From: Thermoproteota archaeon
GTDB taxonomy: Archaea; Thermoproteota; Methanomethylicia; Methanomethylicales; Methanomethylicaceae
Length of the DNA stretch: 64,000 bases
Direction of reading: 5' to 3'
Assembly: GCA_020832905.1 (NCBI GenBank)
Contig: JAJHRG010000001.1
Coordinates: 564,940 to 628,939 of the forward strand
Shown here one piece after another: positions 60,554 to 64,000 of the stretch (its first letter is position 1; every line of letters starts with the position of its first letter). The notes below the pieces were generated by a model. The model ran no database searches and had not been told where the DNA came from. It saw only the letters and a list, made by a program, of their open reading frames with translations. Position numbers and translations under genes: made by a program.

Positions 60554-60617
60554 ACAAATATATCTACAAAAGGTATATATATATATTTAACCGTCTAGAG
60601 GTATTATAAGTGTACTT

Positions 60618-60893
60618 ATGAAAAAAGAATATGAAGATTTTGAACTTAAAGCTTTAATCCTAGACTGGTTACATAGACGTGGAAGATGGGGATCACATTA
60701 CTTTCCTATTGATAGTCTAGTGAATAGACTTTCACACGTCGTTAAGAATGATGGAAAGAAAATAAAAAAGATTATAAAGGAGCTTATAGGGGATGGCTAT
60801 TTACTAGTGCATAAAAAGGGAGAAGTCATATCACTTAATCCCACAAAATCAAGAGAAATAATAGAGTATATCAAAAATAGTTTTAAAATTTAA
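60618..60893 (+). CDS. Hypothetical protein
   Basis: 91-aa ORF divergent from the regulator across a TA-repeat-rich gap. Confidence 0.3.
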   Translation: MKKEYEDFELKALILDWLHRRGRWGSHYFPIDSLVNRLSHVVKNDGKKIKKIIKELIGDGYLLVHKKGEVISLNPTKSREIIEYIKNSFKI

Positions 60894-61009
60894 GAATTGG
60901 ATACCTTTAATCAAGGGTAAAATTAACACTTAATAGTATATTAAATAATTAGAAGTTAATGAATATCATAAGAACTATAAGTAATTAAAACAATATTTCT
61001 TATAAGATA

Positions 61010-61729
61010 TTAAATCTTTGAAAGAATTTTTGAATATTTCTCTATTCTCATTGCTTTTCCCTCATATTGGATAAACCATGTCATAAAACAAAGCTCAATT
61101 GGTCTATAGCCGCATGATAATGCTATTTCTTCAGTTTTTCTAATAAACTCTATATCATTATTTATTGGTTTTAATCCTGCTTTAATTAAAATTTCATTTA
61201 TTACTCTTTTGACAATTTTATCTGGCATAATAGTATCAATACCACCCATCATTCTCAAGTACTGAAAAGTTACTAATCCAACACCTTTAATTCTTCCAAT
61301 AGGATCTTCTTCCCAATTTTCAATCTTAGCATTTTTAGCCCATGTTCTTAGTGCTATTTTATCATTTTCATTTATTGATGAAAGATAAGAAGAAATTTCC
61401 TTAGCAATAATCCATGATCTTTTATTTTTCCATACTTTTCTTAATTCATCAATATTAGCATTTGCAAGATCCTTTAAATTTCTTATTTTTCCACTTTCAA
61501 TAAATTTCTTATTAAATTCTTCAACTTTTGGAATAATAACTGTAAAGTAATTTAATCCAATTGATGTAAATGCAGCATCAACAATCATTAAGACAACATT
61601 TCCTCCATATCTTTCAGTTCTAAGACATTTTTCACAATATTCTTTTAATCTAGGAACTTTTTTCATATAATTATCAATAATTTCTTTTAATGATATCACT
61701 TTCATCATTGGAAATATCCTAAGACCCAA
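61010..61729 (-). CDS. Hypothetical protein with helix-hairpin-helix-like segment
   Basis: IKGVGLVTFQYL resembles an HhH motif. Confidence 0.3.
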   Translation of the reverse strand: MGLRIFPMMKVISLKEIIDNYMKKVPRLKEYCEKCLRTERYGGNVVLMIVDAAFTSIGLNYFTVIIPKVEEFNKKFIESGKIRNLKDLANANIDELRKVWKNKRSWIIAKEISSYLSSINENDKIALRTWAKNAKIENWEEDPIGRIKGVGLVTFQYLRMMGGIDTIMPDKIVKRVINEILIKAGLKPINNDIEFIRKTEEIALSCGYRPIELCFMTWFIQYEGKAMRIEKYSKILSKI

Positions 61730-61838
61730 AGGTCTTCATCACATATCAGACTAATAATAAAATTAGGAAGGTCATTTATAAATCTTAATTTTTACTATTT
61801 TCGAAGAATTTTAATACTTGCTCTACTTTATAATAATT

Positions 61839-61897
61839 GCAATGATTGAACCGGGGAAAATGTGATTGATGAGCAAAGCGCTTGCCCCCAACTGAGC
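61839..61897 (+). ncRNA. GC-rich intergenic island; candidate small RNA (C/D-box-like motifs), tentative
   Basis: AATGATTGAACCGGGGAAAATGTGATTGATGAGCAAAGCGCTTGCCCCCAACTGAGC. UGAUGA-like and CUGA elements are present. Locally about 50% GC within an AT-rich spacer. Confidence 0.2.
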
Positions 61898-61962
61898 ATT
61901 TTTAAAGCTTTTACTAATCTTTAAATATCCTTAATACATAGAAATCCTATTGGGGATATTCT

Positions 61963-62151
61963 ATGTCTGAAGTAGAAAAAGTAAAAGAAGTTTTAAAACA
62001 AAATCCTCAAGGACTTTCTTCAACTAAAATAGCAGAACTAGCAGGTATAAGCAGAGGAAAAGTAACTAAAGTATTACAGGAATTAGAAAGTAGTGGAGAA
62101 GTAATAGTTGAAACAAAAGGATGTAGAAAAATCTATAAGCCAAAAGCTTAA
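61963..62151 (+). CDS. Small winged-helix DNA-binding protein
   Basis: 62 aa. LSSTKIAELAGISRGKVTKVLQELESSGEV. Confidence 0.4.
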   Translation: MSEVEKVKEVLKQNPQGLSSTKIAELAGISRGKVTKVLQELESSGEVIVETKGCRKIYKPKA

Positions 62152-62182
62152 CTTTTTATTATTATTTTTTTATTAAGCAATT

Positions 62183-62950
62183 TTATTTTTGATGTTTAAA
62201 AACACATACTTTTATTTCATTTTTAATAGAATATTGTAGTAGAATTAATGTAGTAATTAATAATAGTATTGGAGCAATTAAAAATGCAACATGATAACTA
62301 TTAAATCTTTCAATTATGGCTCCAAATATTATAGGACCACTTAGATTTCCTATATCCATGCCCATTATGTATATACTTAAAAGAAAACCTCTGTTATGAG
62401 CTGGTGCTTTAGCTAAAGCAAGAGTTTGAGATGCAGGAATATATATTCCAACACCTATGCCAAATATTAATGATGCTATATAAAGAAGTTGTGGTACTTC
62501 AAAAATATATATGGCAAAGAAAGATATTGATATAATAAAGAGACCGATAGTTGTTGTTAAATATGGTCTAATATCTGATAATCTTCCAGCGAATACTCTA
62601 ATAATTATGCTTACTATAGCTTGAATTGCAATGAACATTCCTATTTCTAAATCTCCATAATTTTTAATTTTTAAATAAGCTGATAAAAATGTTAATAATC
62701 TCATCCATGCAGTTGAGTATATTATAAGAGTTATTAGAGCTAAGAGAAAATGTTGTTCTTTTAATCCCATTAAATAATTACTAGACTTAGGAGTTTGTTG
62801 ATGTGGGCATTCTTTACATGAGATTATAATTGGTATTATAGAAGGTAATAATAATGATGTAATCATAAATGTATTATTATATCCTAAAACTTCAGCCATA
62901 AATCCTCCTAGACTAGGTCCTAATGAAAATCCAACTCCTATTGTTAAAAA
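62183..62950 (-). CDS. MFS transporter, C-terminal six-helix half only (N-terminal half absent; possibly truncated)
   Basis: Six TM segments. The frame is closed by TGA immediately upstream of ...TIGVGFSLGPSLGGFMAEV. Only about 60 nt separate it from the next gene. Confidence 0.45.
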   Translation of the reverse strand, partial: FLTIGVGFSLGPSLGGFMAEVLGYNNTFMITSLLLPSIIPIIISCKECPHQQTPKSSNYLMGLKEQHFLLALITLIIYSTAWMRLLTFLSAYLKIKNYGDLEIGMFIAIQAIVSIIIRVFAGRLSDIRPYLTTTIGLFIISISFFAIYIFEVPQLLYIASLIFGIGVGIYIPASQTLALAKAPAHNRGFLLSIYIMGMDIGNLSGPIIFGAIIERFNSYHVAFLIAPILLLITTLILLQYSIKNEIKVCVFKHQK

Positions 62951-63014
62951 TCATTTTTTCTCATTTGAAAATCTTTTATAAACTATATTTTCTGATTAAA
63001 TAATAGAGATTATT

Positions 63015-63650
63015 ATGAGTAATGAATTAGAAAATAAACTTAAAGCTTTTGGTATAGGAAGATTTCAAGTTATGGCTTTATTACAAGCTGCTAGATATTA
63101 TAAAATTCATAAGGATTTAGAAAAAGCAAAAAGTTTTGGACTTAATAGAGCTATTTTCTATGCATGGGCTAAACATTATGGACCTAGAAAATCAAAAATA
63201 CCAAATAATATATTAAAAGAACTTGAAGAAATAAAAAAATTAGATGAAATTAAACAAAGTGAAAAACTTAAGGATTATAAAGAAGTTCTTGGTGAATATG
63301 TTAAAATTTCTCCAAGTGGATTATTTATATTTGGAGGTATTGAGCAATCTCCAAGTGATTATGATCATCAAGTTACAATGAAAATTGATAAGCTAATTAA
63401 TGCTGAAAAAGCATGGCAAGTAGCATTAAATTATATTTCAAAATTTCCTGAGTGGATTTTAAAAGATGCTAGTAAATTCTATAAATATGTTTATGAGCCA
63501 ATAAGAGATATATTTTTCATGGAGCTTTTAAATAAAGGGACTGTAGAACCAAAAAAGGATATAATTGAGCGAATAAAATCATTAGAGATTATGCTTGAAA
63601 GAGCTAAGAAAACACAGAGGACTTTAATGGATTTTACACAAAATAAATAA
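63015..63650 (+). CDS. Hypothetical protein
   Basis: 211-aa ORF. Confidence 0.35.
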   Translation: MSNELENKLKAFGIGRFQVMALLQAARYYKIHKDLEKAKSFGLNRAIFYAWAKHYGPRKSKIPNNILKELEEIKKLDEIKQSEKLKDYKEVLGEYVKISPSGLFIFGGIEQSPSDYDHQVTMKIDKLINAEKAWQVALNYISKFPEWILKDASKFYKYVYEPIRDIFFMELLNKGTVEPKKDIIERIKSLEIMLERAKKTQRTLMDFTQNK

Positions 63651-63682
63651 TGATTTAAGTTTTGTAACTCTTACTGAAGTGA

Positions 63683-64000
63683 TTAATGTATTATATCATT
63701 AAGGCTTATTACTTGAATTAAATCTCTTGATTTCTTCATAAGTTCTTTATCTTCAGTTACTAGTATTAGCTTGTACTTTATTGCTAAAGCTATATATGAT
63801 GCATCATAGACCGTCATTTTTCTGCTTATTGCTAACTGAATAATATCATGTTCAAGTCCTTTTATATCAAGTATTATCATTTCATGAATTAAATCTAAGA
63901 AACTATTGACTAATGATAATACTTCATCAACTGTTAGTAAATGTAATAAAGTAAATTCCTTCCAAATAGCATTAAGAACTTCGTAGATTGTTAAATACTG
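63683..64000 (-). CDS. PIN-domain (VapC-like) protein, 5' end beyond window
   Basis: C-terminal PIN block DASYIALAIKYKLILVTED. The frame stays open upstream of the track's Met to the window edge. Confidence 0.5.
   Translation of the reverse strand, partial: QYLTIYEVLNAIWKEFTLLHLLTVDEVLSLVNSFLDLIHEMIILDIKGLEHDIIQLAISRKMTVYDASYIALAIKYKLILVTEDKELMKKSRDLIQVISLNDIIH

Noticed and set aside
60540-60620. TA/TATATACA repeat block between divergent genes as a mobile-element end
   Set aside because: It is a short simple-sequence tract in a divergent promoter. It has no flanking inverted repeats and no transposase nearby.
1-64000. CRISPR arrays, tRNA and rRNA genes
   Set aside because: I found no regularly spaced direct repeats of CRISPR type. 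There are no 70-90 nt GC-rich cloverleaf candidates with T-loop GTTCRANYC motifs. The only GC-rich intergenic island (61.84 kb) does not fold as a tRNA.

Overview
This 64 kb window is gene-dense, very AT-rich (roughly 30% GC by eye) and clearly archaeal. The archaeal markers are digeranylgeranylglycerophospholipid reductase, ThyX, a Clp1-type kinase, an AbrB-PhoU regulator, and tungsten-type aldehyde:ferredoxin oxidoreductase together with a 2-oxoacid:ferredoxin oxidoreductase. Most of the window is ordinary housekeeping. It includes an OFOR operon with a fused gamma-delta subunit plus alpha and beta subunits; AOR with a polyferredoxin; and a branched-chain amino acid cluster (ilvB, ilvN, ilvC and two LeuA/CimA-family synthases). 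It also includes thyX, trkA and trkH, a complete pstSCAB-phoU phosphate transporter with a divergent AbrB-PhoU regulator, inorganic pyrophosphatase, a GGR-family lipid reductase, a CPA2 antiporter, a HEPN/MNT toxin-antitoxin pair, and a THUMP methyltransferase. The stand-out feature is at 4.6-7.8 kb. Two tandem paralogous genes encode glutamine-synthetase-fold enzymes that carry, by my reading, the conserved blocks of the actinobacterial Pup-ligase/depupylase family (PafA/Dop): GIETEFG-like, HENYL-like, LPFLVTRQ..G.G, RDEPHAD..Y.RLH, DNPIRAIREVS and DWVIK. Immediately downstream is a translationally coupled 31-codon ORF (SD GGTGA, ATGA stop/start overlap) that ends in Pro-Pro-Gly-Glu. A C-terminal Gly-Glu is the hallmark of a mature Pup-type modifier. 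Together this looks like a candidate archaeal pupylation-like protein-tagging system, which to my knowledge has not been described in Archaea. A stand-alone Cdc48-N-like double-psi barrel protein lies next to it. Other notable items are a 904-aa protein that combines two classic AAA modules with a C-terminal Lon (S16) protease domain; a secreted protein ending in CCG encoded next to a NapH-like membrane polyferredoxin; and a decayed junction of a purM pseudogene and a permease remnant. Also notable are a T9 homopolymer frameshift at the pstC 5' end, a GC-rich intergenic island that may be a small RNA, and a membrane-anchored CrtI-like oxidoreductase preceded by an A16 tract. I found no tRNA or rRNA genes and no CRISPR array.
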